A stretch of 57,404 bases of DNA, counting the filler, from Hydrolagus affinis (taxonomy: Eukaryota): assembly GCA_012026655.1 (NCBI GenBank). It is 3 parts of 3 records of this genome, joined end to end, with 100 filler letters (N's around TTAATTAATTAA, not from the genome) between each part and the next. Parts side by side here need not be neighbours in the genome. Positions count along the whole stretch, not along the records: positions 1 to 27,278 come from JAAILG010008871.1; 2 more parts are not named here. One strand, given 5' to 3'. Of the stretch, positions 1-11,899 are shown one piece after another. Both the position numbers and the translations under genes were made by a program. The notes beneath the pieces are model-generated. The model did not search any database, had not been told where the DNA came from, and saw nothing but the letters and a program-made list of their open reading frames with translations. How positions within the stretch are numbered: position 1 is the stretch's first letter; every line of letters starts with the position of its first letter.

Positions 1-245
1 AGCCCATTGTGACAGCGCCGGCTCCTTGATAGAACCATCACTCCCCCCGCACTTTACCCCGTAGCCTAGCAAATTTGTCCTCCCCAAACTCTTCTTTCGA
101 AAACTATCTTAACTTAGTACTCAAGTTGAAGATAAAAACACAGGTACGGTTAAAATTACACTCTGAATATAGGGCGCCTTACCTCGTCCTCCCGACATGA
201 AAAGTGCTCTATAAATGTAAAATTATTATTGTTCTTGTTGTTTAC

Positions 246-347
246 CTGTCAGGTTGCGTTTGCAAAGTGGGGCAAAGATAAGCAACAGAAATACAATCAG
301 CAGGACCAGAGCAGTGATCCCAATAATGATCAGAAGATAGTAATTAT
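246..347 (-). pseudogene. Gene A (VJ-C1-TM Ig-superfamily pseudogene): transmembrane exon
   Basis: ctgcag acceptor and gtaaac donor, 102 nt, phase 1-1. Encodes DNYYLLIIIGITALVLLIVFLLLIFAPLCKRNLT: uncharged TM followed by a basic stop-transfer segment. Cytoplasmic exons would lie left of the window. Confidence 0.85.
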
Positions 348-929
348 CTGCAGTTTAGAGAAAGAATTTGAATGAGAGAGAGAGCGTGAGAGTGAGACGA
401 TCCAATTACTGGTCACATTCGTAGCTGCCAAACATTGTACACACAATCTAGTCCCACAAACCTTTGTAATTTTTTTGTGATGAAGGAATATTACATCGAG
501 ATAGGGATTTGCCAATTGACCAACAAGCTAGTTAGAACTTAATGCTGGTAAACATATGTGCGCATGTGTTTGGAGTAAAATGATATTGCCGGCAACTCTG
601 ACCATTTGTTTAGAATGTAATAATAATAATCATCCTTGCCCGTGAGACAACTCTTTTTAGCATTTTCCCTCAATTTCAAAGCTCTTCACAGGATGCAGTG
701 TACAAGTGGTTTTCACCTTTTGTAGGTGAAACTCGGCAGCCAATTGCGCACAGCGACATCCCCACAAACAGTCGTGAGTCGAAGAAATCTAACTATAACT
801 TTGTAAAAAAGATATATTTTCAAGGTACTATTACCCACAGAAAAGGGATCCAACAATTGACTAACAATCGAATTCCTACCTACTGTTTGGTAAGCAGAGA
901 TTTATGTGCGTGTGTGTGTGTTAATAGTA

Positions 930-1210
930 ATAAACCTTGATATGATATAGCGCTTTTGAAAGCACTTCACGGAATATACTTTAAAGCAATTTAACTGTAT
1001 ATTTGTGGGTGCAACACGGCAGCCAATTGCGCATAGCAGCGTCCCCACAACAGTCGTGGATTGAAAATGACCATATTTTATTATTGTGTTTTTTTACTGG
1101 AGGGATTGCTATTAGGGCTGTGTGTGTCCAGGTTTCGCCCAGATCTGCCTGGATTCGAACAGAGGTCTCACTGTTGTAAGAAAAGTGATCTAACCACTGA
1201 GGTACAGAAC
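930..1210 (-). mobile_element. tRNA-headed SINE with L2-type 3' tail (dominant family; many further copies, e.g. ~5085-5250, 6640-6860, 26015-26310, 55450-55700)
   Basis: Pol III A/B-box head (ctcagtggttaga...gttcgaatcc), central gctgtgcgcaattggctgccg motif, tail gtgaagcgctttgaga...aaagcgctatatcaa plus (ATT)n. The 3' part resembles shark DeuSINE/SacSINE1-type elements. Confidence 0.8.
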
Positions 1211-1350
1211 TCACAAGTAATAACCGTGTCCAACGTTTCACCCTGACATGGTAGGGAAACGAACCCGGGTCGACTCATGATGAGCGCTCTAACTGCTGAG
1301 TTACAGCGACTAACTAATCTAGTTATTAGATAATTAATCTGTAAACTCAC

Positions 1351-1670
1351 CATTGCTCCTTTTCTCTGGGTAGCTCACGTTCTTCTCCATAGTATTCTCT
1401 TGAGACACTTGAACAATACAGTTGCACATGGCACCTTTGATCCAGTTGTCCTTTGACATGAGGATCTGACTCCTCACAGTGTAAGTCCCGTCAGGTTGGG
1501 ACGTCCCTTGATCACTCGTTCCCGCCATCACTTGTCCTGACACATTCCAGAACACGGGAACCATATTGTAGGTCACTCCCCTGACCAAACACACCAAGGG
1601 AAATTATTCAACCAATCCAGGTGAACACGAGGCACGAATATTTGCAAAGAAGTCTGGTCTGTGGAACTCT
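1351..1670 (-). pseudogene. Gene A: C1-set Ig domain exon with a 1-nt frameshift
   Basis: Acceptor ccaacatcag, donor gtgagt. ESSTDQTSLQIFVPRVHLDWLNNF is in one frame and PLVCLVRG..VFWNVSG..DGTYTVRSQI..NWIKGAMCNCIV in another. The exon is 320 nt (321-1) and the shift falls at ~1596-1603. Confidence 0.85.
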
Positions 1671-2542
1671 CTGATGTTGGGGACAGACAAGAGAATATAT
1701 TAGCGTGCGCCGTCTCAGATTTAATCTTACCCGGGAAAATGAGAAGCCTGGAGCTCTGGAATCCTCTTGCCCAGTGGATTACGAGCGTGCTACCTGTATT
1801 CGAATCCATGCAGGTCAGGGCGAAACTTTGAGCAATCCGCCTTATTCTACATGCATAAAATATGCCGTCAAAAAAAATTGGGTGAGTTCAATCCACGTCT
1901 GTTTGTGGACAATGCTGTGCGCAACTGGCTGCCTTGTTTCGCATAGATATACTCACTTTACAGGACATTCTGTGAAGGAAGCGCTTTGATACGCCTAGAA
2001 AAACTGAAAAGCACTATATCAAAACCAAGAGTGATTATTCTTATGTACTATTTAGCCTTGCAGACAGCGCTCTCACCAACAACAACTTACGCTTGTCTAG
2101 CGCCGATCATGCCAGGAGGGCACACCATTCAACGGTTTATGAAACTAAGATGGGAGTTCGAGTCAGGAGGATTGGAGAGCAGGTAGCTTACATGTGGGAG
2201 CGTGGCTGACGGAGCAGTCAAATGGAATCTCTTTAGAAAGGAGTAGAGGGGGCTCAGACAAGTGTTGAGGTGGAGCGATTGTTGGAAAGTCAATCTCTCA
2301 AAAGCCAAACTGAGTACTTTCAGAAGTTATGGAAACACACCGCAAGGGTTCTCCCCTCTGCCCTCTTCCACGATGCCTTTGGTATCACCAACATGCGCCT
2401 AATACTCCATTGAGTACAGCGAGCACTGTGCCGCCCTACCGGGATAGACAGAGTTAGTATCTCGTTCTAGCAATAAACTAATGAGAAATATATCCTTGCA
2501 TAGGTGGAATGCGTCAGATCACAAAAAAAGTGGGATTCTTAC

Positions 2543-2860
2543 CTCCGACAAGTAGAGTGGATGCGTTCCATAGAAGGTAGCTATATTGTTCAGAGCAATA
2601 GTATGAGCCAGAATCATTTCTCTGCACATCACGGATTTTCAGTTTAAAAGCTCCTTTGACTGCTTCAGAACTATATCTGCAAAATGACCATTTGCAGGAT
2701 CGAGTATCGATGAGCTGTGGTGCTTCGCCATCAGTTTGTTTGTACCAAACAGCTCCATCCACAGATTCTATCTCGTAGCTTGAGTAGCATAGCACCTCAA
2801 TATCCTCTCAGACTTTGACGATGCGGAGATAGGGGAATAGCGACGTGATAGGTTCCGTTT
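2543..2860 (-). pseudogene. Gene A: V-set (germline VJ-type) exon with in-frame TGA
   Basis: 318 nt, phase 1-1. TEPITSLFPYLRIVKV*EDIEVLCYSS..AVWYKQ..KLKIRDVQRNDSGSYYCSEQYSYLLWNASTLLVG. The TGA at 2808-2810 replaces the conserved Gly of the V-x-x-G-E motif. Confidence 0.88.
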
Positions 2861-3681
2861 CTGAATGCGTAAAACTGCCGTTTAACTGAAGTTGGAGTTT
2901 AACGAAAGAGATAACAACAATAACATGATAATACTAAAATTGTAGTTACATAGATCATGACATTCATTTAGGTAGAACGTCACAAATAGCTGGGACTATT
3001 AGCATCCGCACTCGAGCTGGGGGGTTAGGATCAGGAGTGGCGAAGGGTCACGAGGATCCGGATAGGTGGGTGGCCGAAAGCACGGTAAAGGAGGCAAACG
3101 TAGAGGGCGACACAAAGGGAATGCGGGATGGAGTTCCAAATGGTCTGAAGCCCTGATTGTCAATGGTGGGGCGGGAGAGGCAGGAGACTTGAATTAGGCA
3201 ACAATAATTTATTTCACATAAAGCTCCACCATGGCAACGTCCCTGAGATTTTAAGTAAATAAATGTACATCAAGCCAGACGGTAAACAAGAGTTAAAATC
3301 GTACTGTCACTGCAGTTTACAATGTAACATGTGCAACGCTCTGAGTCTTCTCTAACATGTGATCAGTCGCCTGAACAAATGTAAGGATTGTTATCATTAC
3401 TTTTATTATTAATATTGCGGGAGAGAAACAGATTATAATCCCTTCCCTGCTGTAATTCCGCTTTGAAAATTAAAAACTCTATGAATTGAGTATTTTTTAG
3501 CCAAGCTTGCCCGAGGCAACATTGTAATTTTTCTTGTCACTAGATTTACCGTATTCTCTTACTCTCTTCCTCTGCTAAACGCCTTTCCTTGTATGAATTT
3601 ATGGTACCAAATAATCGCTCCTCTCAAAATCGTTCCCTGCCAACCTCCCGTTAAATGATCCAGTCGCGTGTTTGAACTTAC

Positions 3682-3736
3682 TGCTTATCCAGGACAGCAA
3701 GACAGAGAGAAGCTTTGACGACAATATTTTCGACAT
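3682..3736 (-). pseudogene. Gene A: leader (signal peptide) exon
   Basis: ATG..MSKILSSKLLSVLLSWIS followed by a phase-1 gtaagt donor; in frame with the V exon. Confidence 0.72.
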
Positions 3737-5644
3737 GATGAATCAAGCGATCTGGCCAGTTTGCTGCTGAGTTACTTGGTACTTGCGAGTTAGTGGATGA
3801 AATGGGTGGAAGTATTCTTTAGCCCACGCTTGAGGTAGAGATCCATTATGTGTCTGCTCCCAGGCAAGAACACCTCACTGTAACCTCTCTGTCTCACAGT
3901 GGCCAGACTTGCCTTGTAGACAGTGATCATTGTGAGACATTCCATGACGTAGTGAGACCTGCCTTGGAGACACAGTTCACACTTGCGTTTAACTTTACAG
4001 TGACCTTTGCATATGCAACAACAATAATCCCTTTGTTGATACAGCGGAGTGTCACGTCATCGAGACATCTTACAAAACCTCCAATAATGTACTAGCAAGT
4101 GTATTGACTGTGTAGTTTGTTGGCGAAAGCGCAAGCCAGTTGTGCATGGCAGTGGCCCCAAAATATCCTTCCATTGATTGACCAAATTATTATGATAATT
4201 AAAAACATTATTAATTGGATTAACAGCCCCTGTAGCAATCCATCAATTGAATAACAATTCGGTTTCTAGCTAAACAGATCCACGTATGTGGAATAAGGAA
4301 ATTTGCCTAACTTCTCGACCTGACTTGATAAGTATTCCAACACAGATCCTCTCAAACTGATCTGCACGACTTCACTTTAGCTATTCATAATTGCAGTCAA
4401 GATTTGTAGCGTGCCGTAATTGTATTGTTTCAAGCTAGACAGTCTTTACGAAATTAGACTGCTTATTTTCCTCCCTAAACTGATGATTTTCAAATGAACT
4501 CAACTGAGTATTGCAGGCCCAGAAAAATTGTGACTATATTTGGAAGCTAATTACTTCCAATCATTCATGAAAGATACCACATAAGGCACCAAAGTAAATT
4601 GGATCAATTATAATGTTTATATTCAACACATGGTTGGAAAATTTGGGATGTTTATGTTTCTTTGCAATAAAAATAGCAAAATACTTAAACCTCAGCATTT
4701 CGTCGGAGAGAAAAGCTCAGGTTAATGGGAGTGTATTCCATGAAAATAGAAAATCTTCATATTGGTTCATAAAGTGTTCTTCTGTTCATCTACGATTCTG
4801 AAGAGCTTTAGTTGTGTCAATGTTCTGGAGAGAGTTATGTTCCTAAAACACACAATCACTTGTTGTAAACGGAAAATTATTTTCATTTCAACACATAACA
4901 GGTAATCCAATGGGTTACTTAGGGTGCTCCCTCATCAAGTAGTCTCAAACTCTAGTCAAGCCTCATTCTTTGTTGTAGATAATAAGTGTTAATAGCAACT
5001 AATGTGTTTCATCAGATTGCCTATCAATTAATGGAAAATTAAATGGCAACTCACTTGAGCGTCAATGCTTGTATTCTCAAACATAAAGATAATAATAATT
5101 ATTGTATTGAATACAGAGGCTTATCGTTTCATTGAGATTTTTCAAAGCACTTCACAGAATATACTCTAACGTGAATTGACTGTAGTTAGTAGTCGAAACG
5201 CAGCAGCCAATTGCGCACGTTGACTTCCCTCATGTGCCATGGTTTTAATAACCAGATTGGTATATTGCTGTTATTGCAATTGACTGAACACATTCAGACC
5301 ATACTCGATGTGTTGTTAAGTTGGTCACTGTATCAAGCCTCGCTTCATATTCACATAACGCTCGCTTTTTGGAGGTGAGAGAGAAAAAATGTAATATGAT
5401 TGGATGCCCTTTACAGACTTTAATGTACACGTGGGCGTTTAATACACAAACAGGAAAACCACAAAAATATGTTTTGCCGAAAACAATGTACTTTTGCTTA
5501 TTCTTAAGTTATTAATAAACATGCGGTTTTCCAATCTCACTCTGTACGTCAAACTGTCCAGCCCCCGAACTAACCATAATTGTATCGTTCTTAACGGTCG
5601 GAAAGTTTTGAGACACTCACAAACAGTTCAGATCCACACACACA

Positions 5645-5687
5645 ATGAGGTTCTTAATGATCTGTGCGCTCTCTCATCTACTTCAAG
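5645..5687 (+). CDS. Gene B (non-rearranging VJ-C1-TM receptor, PRARP-like): leader exon
   Basis: ATG MRFLMICALSHLLQ + phase-1 donor (aag|gttaga). Joins VVVLRMA-LEQTP at the start of the V exon to give a plausible signal peptide. Confidence 0.68.
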
Positions 5688-6214
5688 GTTAGATTTTAAT
5701 GTTCTCATCAGATTCGCCAGTCAAAATAAAAATTGCAGGATTTTGTGTGGAGGAATCTCAATGCCATTTGAAGAGTTTACTGTACAATTTAGTGGAAGTT
5801 TACTTTGTTGTCACACAATATCTATCCAAAGGACAGCAATGAAGTGAACAAGGAATTTTAGCTGGGAGATAACGATAATATTTCTTACATTTGACACCGT
5901 GCCTCATCCCGTCTTCAAGACATCAAAAGGCGCTTCATTTTTAACCAATATATACTGTCAAGTGGATTGAGGGTATACTCGACAGCCCACAGAATATTTA
6001 CAGTCAATTCACTTGATAGTATATTCTGTGAATAGCTTGGAGTCGTTTCGAAGACATCATGATAAATACTGTTGTTATTATAATCGGGAAGTGTGTTGCC
6101 TTGGTTCAGATGCAATATTAATATTGCATATTACTACTAACTGTTCAGAAACAATTCATTTCCTTGAATCAATGACTTGGCTGTAATCTTGCTCAATGTT
6201 TGACTTTCTTTCAG

Positions 6215-6550
6215 TTGTGGTATTGCGGATGGCTTTGGAGCAGACTCCAGCACTGCAGACATTGGCGGTAGGGAACACTGTGAAGATTGATTGTTACAGC
6301 AGCATGCACTCACTGAGCATTGCTGTAAGATGGTACACACAGAGACACAATGAGAAGCTAAAAAGGGTCTATACAGTATCACAAACTTCTCCAAATGGGA
6401 TACAAAAAGAGAACAAAACTGACGGTTATCACCATATTTTCATCATCGAAAATGCTCAGAGAAATGATTCGGGGACATATTACTGTTCTGCTAGAAACTA
6501 TACAAGTGGAACCATTGTATTTGGGAATGGCTCCGAAGTCATAATTGCAG
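6215..6550 (+). CDS. Gene B: V-set exon including J-like G strand
   Basis: tttcag acceptor, gtaagt donor, 336 nt open. Canonical Cys (IDC), Trp (VRWYTQ), NDSGTYYC, and a J-type FGNGSEVII motif in the same exon. Confidence 0.92.
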
Positions 6551-7218
6551 GTAAGTTTCACCATCCATTTTTTATGCGTAAGAATCAGAATAACGCTGTC
6601 ATTTGCTTTAGCACCTGATTGTGTCTTCAAGACATCTCACTGCACTTCACATGATATTGTGAGTTGCCTGTATATTTTGTTAGCGAACGTGGCAGCCAAC
6701 TGCGCACTGCAGTTTTCCACAAACCGAGTGACGAATTGATTATTATTTTTGTTTTTGATTGAATTACTAACGCTGGAGAAGCGATTCAAGAGAACTTGCT
6801 TGACATTTTGCCCTGACGGGAATCGAACCCAGGTCCTCTCGCTGGTGAGGCGAATGTTTTTTGCATTGAAATACAGGACACAATAGGAATTTAAGAACAT
6901 AGAAACAGAAGGAGGGCTTTCAGCTCCGTGAAACTGTCTGGCCATTCTCTAAGATCGCGACTGACCTCTATCTTAATTATAATTACAATTACCTGACTTT
7001 GCCCCATCCCTCTTCACACCGAGTATCCCTCTTGATACTCGTAACTACAAAGATTTCTCCACGCCTAAAATTCGCTTTGCAAACTAGACGAACTGAGCGC
7101 AGTTTTCAGGCAAGGCGGGCGAAATTTTGGTTAAGTTTCCTTACTCTAGTTACCAGTAGTAAGAAGGTAAACAGTTGTTAATCCATTACTGGATTACCTT
7201 TTTCTGCGGTAATATTCC

Positions 7219-8160
7219 ACATAAGAACATAAGAACATTTGAATTAGGAGCAGTAGTAGGCCATTCGGCCCTCCGAGCCTGCTCCGCCATTCAATAAGAT
7301 CATGGCTGATCTTCTCACCTAACTCTGATTACCTGACCTCTCCCCATATCCCCTAATCCCTCTATTTATCAAAAATCTATCGGTCTCAGACTTGAAAATA
7401 TTCAAGGACTGAGCATTTACAGCCTTCTGGAGTAGTGAATTCCGTAAGTTCAATACCCTATGAGTGAAGAAATGTTTCCTCCATTCTGTTCGAAAAGACT
7501 GACCCTTAATTTTAAGACTATTATCCCTGGTTATAGATTCTGCTACCAGGGGAAACAGTCCCTCAGTGCCTACTTTATCAGCCCTTCAAGAATCTTATAT
7601 GTTTCTATAAGATCCCCACTACTTCTTCTTTACTCTAGAGAATACAGCCCTAGTTTATTCAACCTATCCTCATATGTCAGTCCCATCATCCCAGGAACTA
7701 ACCTAGTGAATCTACGCTGCACCCCCTCTAAGGCAAGTAGGTCCGTCTATAATTAAGGAGACCAAAATTGCACACAATACTCTAGGTGCTGTCACACCAG
7801 GGCCCTATACAGGTGCAGTAAGACTTACCTACTCGTATAATCTAAACATTTTGAAATGAACGCTAGCATGACGTTCGCTTTCTTCGTTGCTTGTTGCACC
7901 AGAAAATTAACTTTTTGGGACAGGTGTACAAGAACACCCGCATCAGTTTGAATACTAACACTATCTAATTTCTCCCCTCTAGAAAATAATCTATTCTTTT
8001 ATTCTTGCTACCTAGGTGAATAATTTCACACTTGCTAACATTAAGTTCCATCTCCCACCAACTTGTCCACTCCCCTAGCCTATCTATATATTGTTGCAAT
8101 ATTTTTGCATCATCCTCAGAGCTCACTGTACTCACTCTGCTACCTAGTTTAGTGTAATTC
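7219..8160 (-). mobile_element. CR1 LINE 3' fragment in gene B intron
   Basis: (AAGAACAT)n tail and CR1 RT/3'UTR sequence; closely similar to the copies at ~20880-21370 and 40776-41095. Confidence 0.85.
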
Positions 8161-8504
8161 TCTCAAAAATCAAAAAGTAACAAAATGGTCGCTTCATCCA
8201 CGAATGTTTGCTGCACACTGCTGTGAGCAATTCACTGCCACGATTCACGCAGCAATACCCAGTCACTACGCCTATGTCGTCTATCATGTGAAGTGCATTG
8301 AGCCGTCTTGCAGACGAGACCAGGCTGTCTATGAAAAGCAAAGATTATTATTAGTTCACTCCAAGTAGCTTAATGATCAATTATGCGGATCTGGTGCGCT
8401 TTTTACATGTCCTCCTGATGTGAGAGGCAATAAGCAAATGTAATATCTTGTGATGTGTTGACGTTGTCCTGTTGAATTGATTGTGTTCTGTTCACTGGTC
8501 TCAG

Positions 8505-8807
8505 CCGGTCCCCCCAGGATATATATTTTATCTCCTGCTTCGGATGAGATCCTGTCAATGGAGACAGTCCCATTGATGTGTTTGGTCATTGGAGTGATCC
8601 CTGGTTCCTCTGCCATCCACTGGACGGTGGCTGGACAACGTATGGAGGGCCTGACTGATTCGGGTATCATAGGACCAGATGGAACCTACAGCATCAGGAG
8701 TCAGATCAACATCTCAATGGAGATATGGGAGAGCGGCGTTGTCTGCACTTGCATTCATCTCAACTCCACTGAACACACTGGAAATCAAACTGAATTATAT
8801 CACGCAG
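8505..8807 (+). CDS. Gene B: C1-set Ig domain exon
   Basis: 303 nt, phase 1-1, open. GPPRIYILSP..PLMCLV..IHWTVAG..DGTYSIRSQINISMEIWESGVVCTC. Confidence 0.9.
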
Positions 8808-9993
8808 GTAACCAGCCACATGGCTATTGACCTGTCCAGCTCCTTGTTTTCCTTCTCTATCCAAAATTGTCAGTGGATAGAAGACCAGCGTCCATCCAGT
8901 TCGCCTTTCACCATTCACATGTTTTCCTGTAGATCAGTTGTTGGAGGGCTCATCTCACAAACGAGATGACCCGGGTTTTGTTCGCGGGTGGGACAGTGCA
9001 AAATGCTGGGCAGGATTCCTTATTAAACACACGCCTCTTTTTATATTGCAGCAAGTAGAAATGCGGTTTATAATCGATACTTGCAATATTTTTCCGGCGG
9101 TAATAAACCTTTGGAAATAATTTGATTTCAAAAGAATTCGGTCACGCAGTCCATAGCTTTGGTGGGACATTGCTGTGGATAATTAGCTGCCACGTTTTTC
9201 CCACAAAATACACCGTCACCACATGTTACTGCGAAGCGTATTGAAACAATAATAACTTGCATTTATCCAGCGCCAGTTATACAGGTTAGAGAACCAGAAG
9301 GCTAGTCAATGTCTTGTCAACCTTCTCTGCTCTTAGAAAAACAATCCGAGGCTTTCTCCTTTCTCTACATAATCTATCTCGCTTTGGGTCAAGGGATTGT
9401 GCTGATCAAGCGCCCTGACTGAAGCCATTTGATCAGTCTTGTCCATGTGCAGTCACTGCCGCAATTAAAAGTTTTTTTTTTTACTGATACTGAACATAAA
9501 CTTAGCATAATAACAACGATCATTGAAATTAACCTAATGCAGATCACATCTTCGAGTCATCTCACAGCACTTCACAATATATAAGTCAATGCAAATTCAC
9601 TCTAGTTTGTGGTGAAGAATGGCAATCTAATTGTGAGCAGCACAAAGTAGTGGATTCAGTTGCCAATTTATTACGATTGAAAGTAAATAATAACAAACTT
9701 TGCATTCGATATGGATATTTTCACAATTTCTAGCCGTCTCAAAAATACTGCAAAGGGAATTGAATGTGTATTTGTGGAGGCAATGTAGCAGCAAATTGCG
9801 CACAACAATGTCTCACAAACAATCGTGCATTGAAATTACTCATTTATTATTGTTTCTTTTATTTAATTCTAATTAATTTTATTTTTGAAGTGATTGTTGC
9901 CGTCAAATATACCGCCGATTATTCACAGCTCCAACGACGGCACTAATTTAGTGTACTCTTATAATGTGCTTATCAGTTATTTGCGTTCCTCAG

Positions 9994-10113
9994 AACCTCC
10001 AACAAGTCTAGAAAACAGGGAGTGGCTTTTCGCTATTCTAACGATAGCGTTTCTTCTGCTCCTTGGGATCCTCATTGTGGCTGTCAGAAAGATCACCAAC
10101 AATCGCAAACAAG
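9994..10113 (+). CDS. Gene B: connecting peptide/transmembrane exon
   Basis: ttcctcag acceptor, gtaatg donor, 120 nt, phase 1-1. EPPTSLENREWLFAILTIAFLLLLGILIVAVRKITNNRKQ. Confidence 0.88.
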
Positions 10114-10469
10114 GTAATGAATATTAGCCTCAGCACCAGTCACGATAAAAAAAATATATGGACACGAGGTGGCCATACAGCCCATCGAGCCTGTTCCGTT
10201 TAGCTTACCACAACCCACCCCCCCTCCAGTAGCTACTTTCCATGCGCTCGGCTGGCTCCAGACTCCTGTTTGTGTCTCGTCTCTTCCACTCCACCATTAG
10301 TGGCCGTGACTTCATAAACCAATACTCCCTGACAGTCTCCCTCAATCAATCCGCCTTGATATCTCTCTCCCCAATTTGAAACCAGGACGAAGTACCTCCC
10401 TGTTAATTCGTGCTTTTGGTCACCGCCCCTGTTTCCTCCACCCCTGGCTCGGAGTCAGACTCTAATTTT

Positions 10470-10663
10470 AAGCAAAAAACCCAAAATTCTGCAGATGCTG
10501 GAAATATGAAACAAAAAGCGAAGTCGCTGGGAACACTCAGCATGCCAGGCAGCATCGATAGAGAATGCATATTGAGCCCACGTTTCGGGTCCATGAATCT
10601 TCTACAGAATAAATCTTCTTGGACCCGAGAAGTTGGCTCACTTTCCTTTCTCCGTGGATGCTT
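10470..10663. mobile_element. Penelope-like element pLTR remnants, two copies in opposite orientation
   Basis: The minus strand reads ctgtagaagattcatggacccgaaacg...gatgctgcctggcatgctgagtgttcccagc...catatttccagcatctgcag (hammerhead-bearing shark PLE repeat). A second degenerate copy starts on plus at ~10605. Confidence 0.65.
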
Positions 10664-11334
10664 CAATAATAAACCTTCAAAAAAATCCACAATAATAAAA
10701 TTGGTCATTCTAATCCAAGACCATTTGTGGGGAATCTGCTCCGTCTATACATATAGAGTCACCTCACCTTTCATAACCTAATCTGAAGCGCTTTGAGACG
10801 TCTAGAGGACGTGAAAAAGCGGTATATATCATGCAAGGATTATTATTGTTATTGTTATCGCATCTCGCTTGCTGAGTGTTACCAGCGATTTCTCTTCTTG
10901 GTTCCAATTTTAAGATGATATCTCTTGTTCTGGATTCCACACCAGTGGAAAAAGATTTTCTATAGCTGTTCCTTCAATTCCATTTATTATATTGGAAACC
11001 TCAATTATATTACCCTACAACCTCTCAACATCAAGGGAATATTATCGTGCAATTATAAAGCAGATACATAGGACATTCAGTCCATTGTGTCTGTGTCGGG
11101 TCTTCGAAAAATGCCAACGATTCGCACACACCCACACTTAACGAAAAGGCTTCCGAATTTGTCTTCCCCAAATTTTTCTCCTCTTGTTTCTGAAACTTGT
11201 TATGGAATCGGCTTCCACCAAATTTTGAGGCAACACTTTCCAGGTACTTTATTGAAACAGGCATTGGAAGGACCGCTGTGATGAATGTAGTCAATTTGCA
11301 CCATTAACGCCTCTTCATTTATCTTTTTCAACAG

Positions 11335-11393
11335 TCACCGTATCCAGGAATGATCCCACCCGAGACTTAAGACCGATCCAGCAAGAAAACGAG
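11335..11393 (+). CDS. Gene B: first cytoplasmic exon (terminal exon not identified)
   Basis: atctttttcaacag acceptor, gag|gtaaaa donor; phase 1 matches the TM exon. VTVSRNDPTRDLRPIQQENE. Confidence 0.62.
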
Positions 11394-11899
11394 GTAAAAG
11401 TACAGAAAGCCAATAGGTTCTTAACTGTATGGCTTGTGGAGTCCTGTGGCTCAATGGCTACAGCGCTCTATTCCCCAGTGAGAGGACCTGGGCTTGATTA
11501 CAGGCCGGGCGAAATGTCAACATGTTTCCCTGCTCCCCACACCTCTGTGCATCGAACAGTAAGTAGGAACCTAGTTGTTTGTCAATTTGTGGAACAATTG
11601 CTGGGGTAATAATCCCTCCAAAAATATATAAATCAATATAATAATAATGTGGTTGTTTCACCCACGACTATTTGTGGGACATGGCTGTTTAAAATTAGCT
11701 GCTGCTTTTCCTGACAAAATGTACCATCATTTAACTTGATAATATGTTATGCGAGGAAGTATGTGACGTCTCGAGGAGGTAAATGAACGTAACAAGTTAC
11801 CCAATCTATGAATCTAACACTGATCCTGTCACTCGTGAATGGTAAGCTCCCACGACTGAGCTCCAGGAGTCCAGTCAGTTATAAACAATTAAGGAGAGC

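Noticed and set aside
1476-1510. CACAGTG heptamers (also ~41470 and 42010-42016) as RSS
   Set aside because: No ACAAAAACC-like nonamer at 12 or 23 bp; the first lies inside a C1 exon.
6780-6860. tRNA-like segments with GGTTCGA boxes (also ~1225-1310, 11445-11520, 18505-18580)
   Set aside because: These are SINE heads; they continue into SINE body and lack a closed acceptor stem.
8750-8810. Alternative +1 frame at the end of gene B C1 (NTLEIKLNY, resembling gene A NTMEKNVSY), suggesting a hidden frameshift
   Set aside because: The exon is a clean 303 nt and the annotated frame splices in phase to the TM exon; the other frame would break phase.
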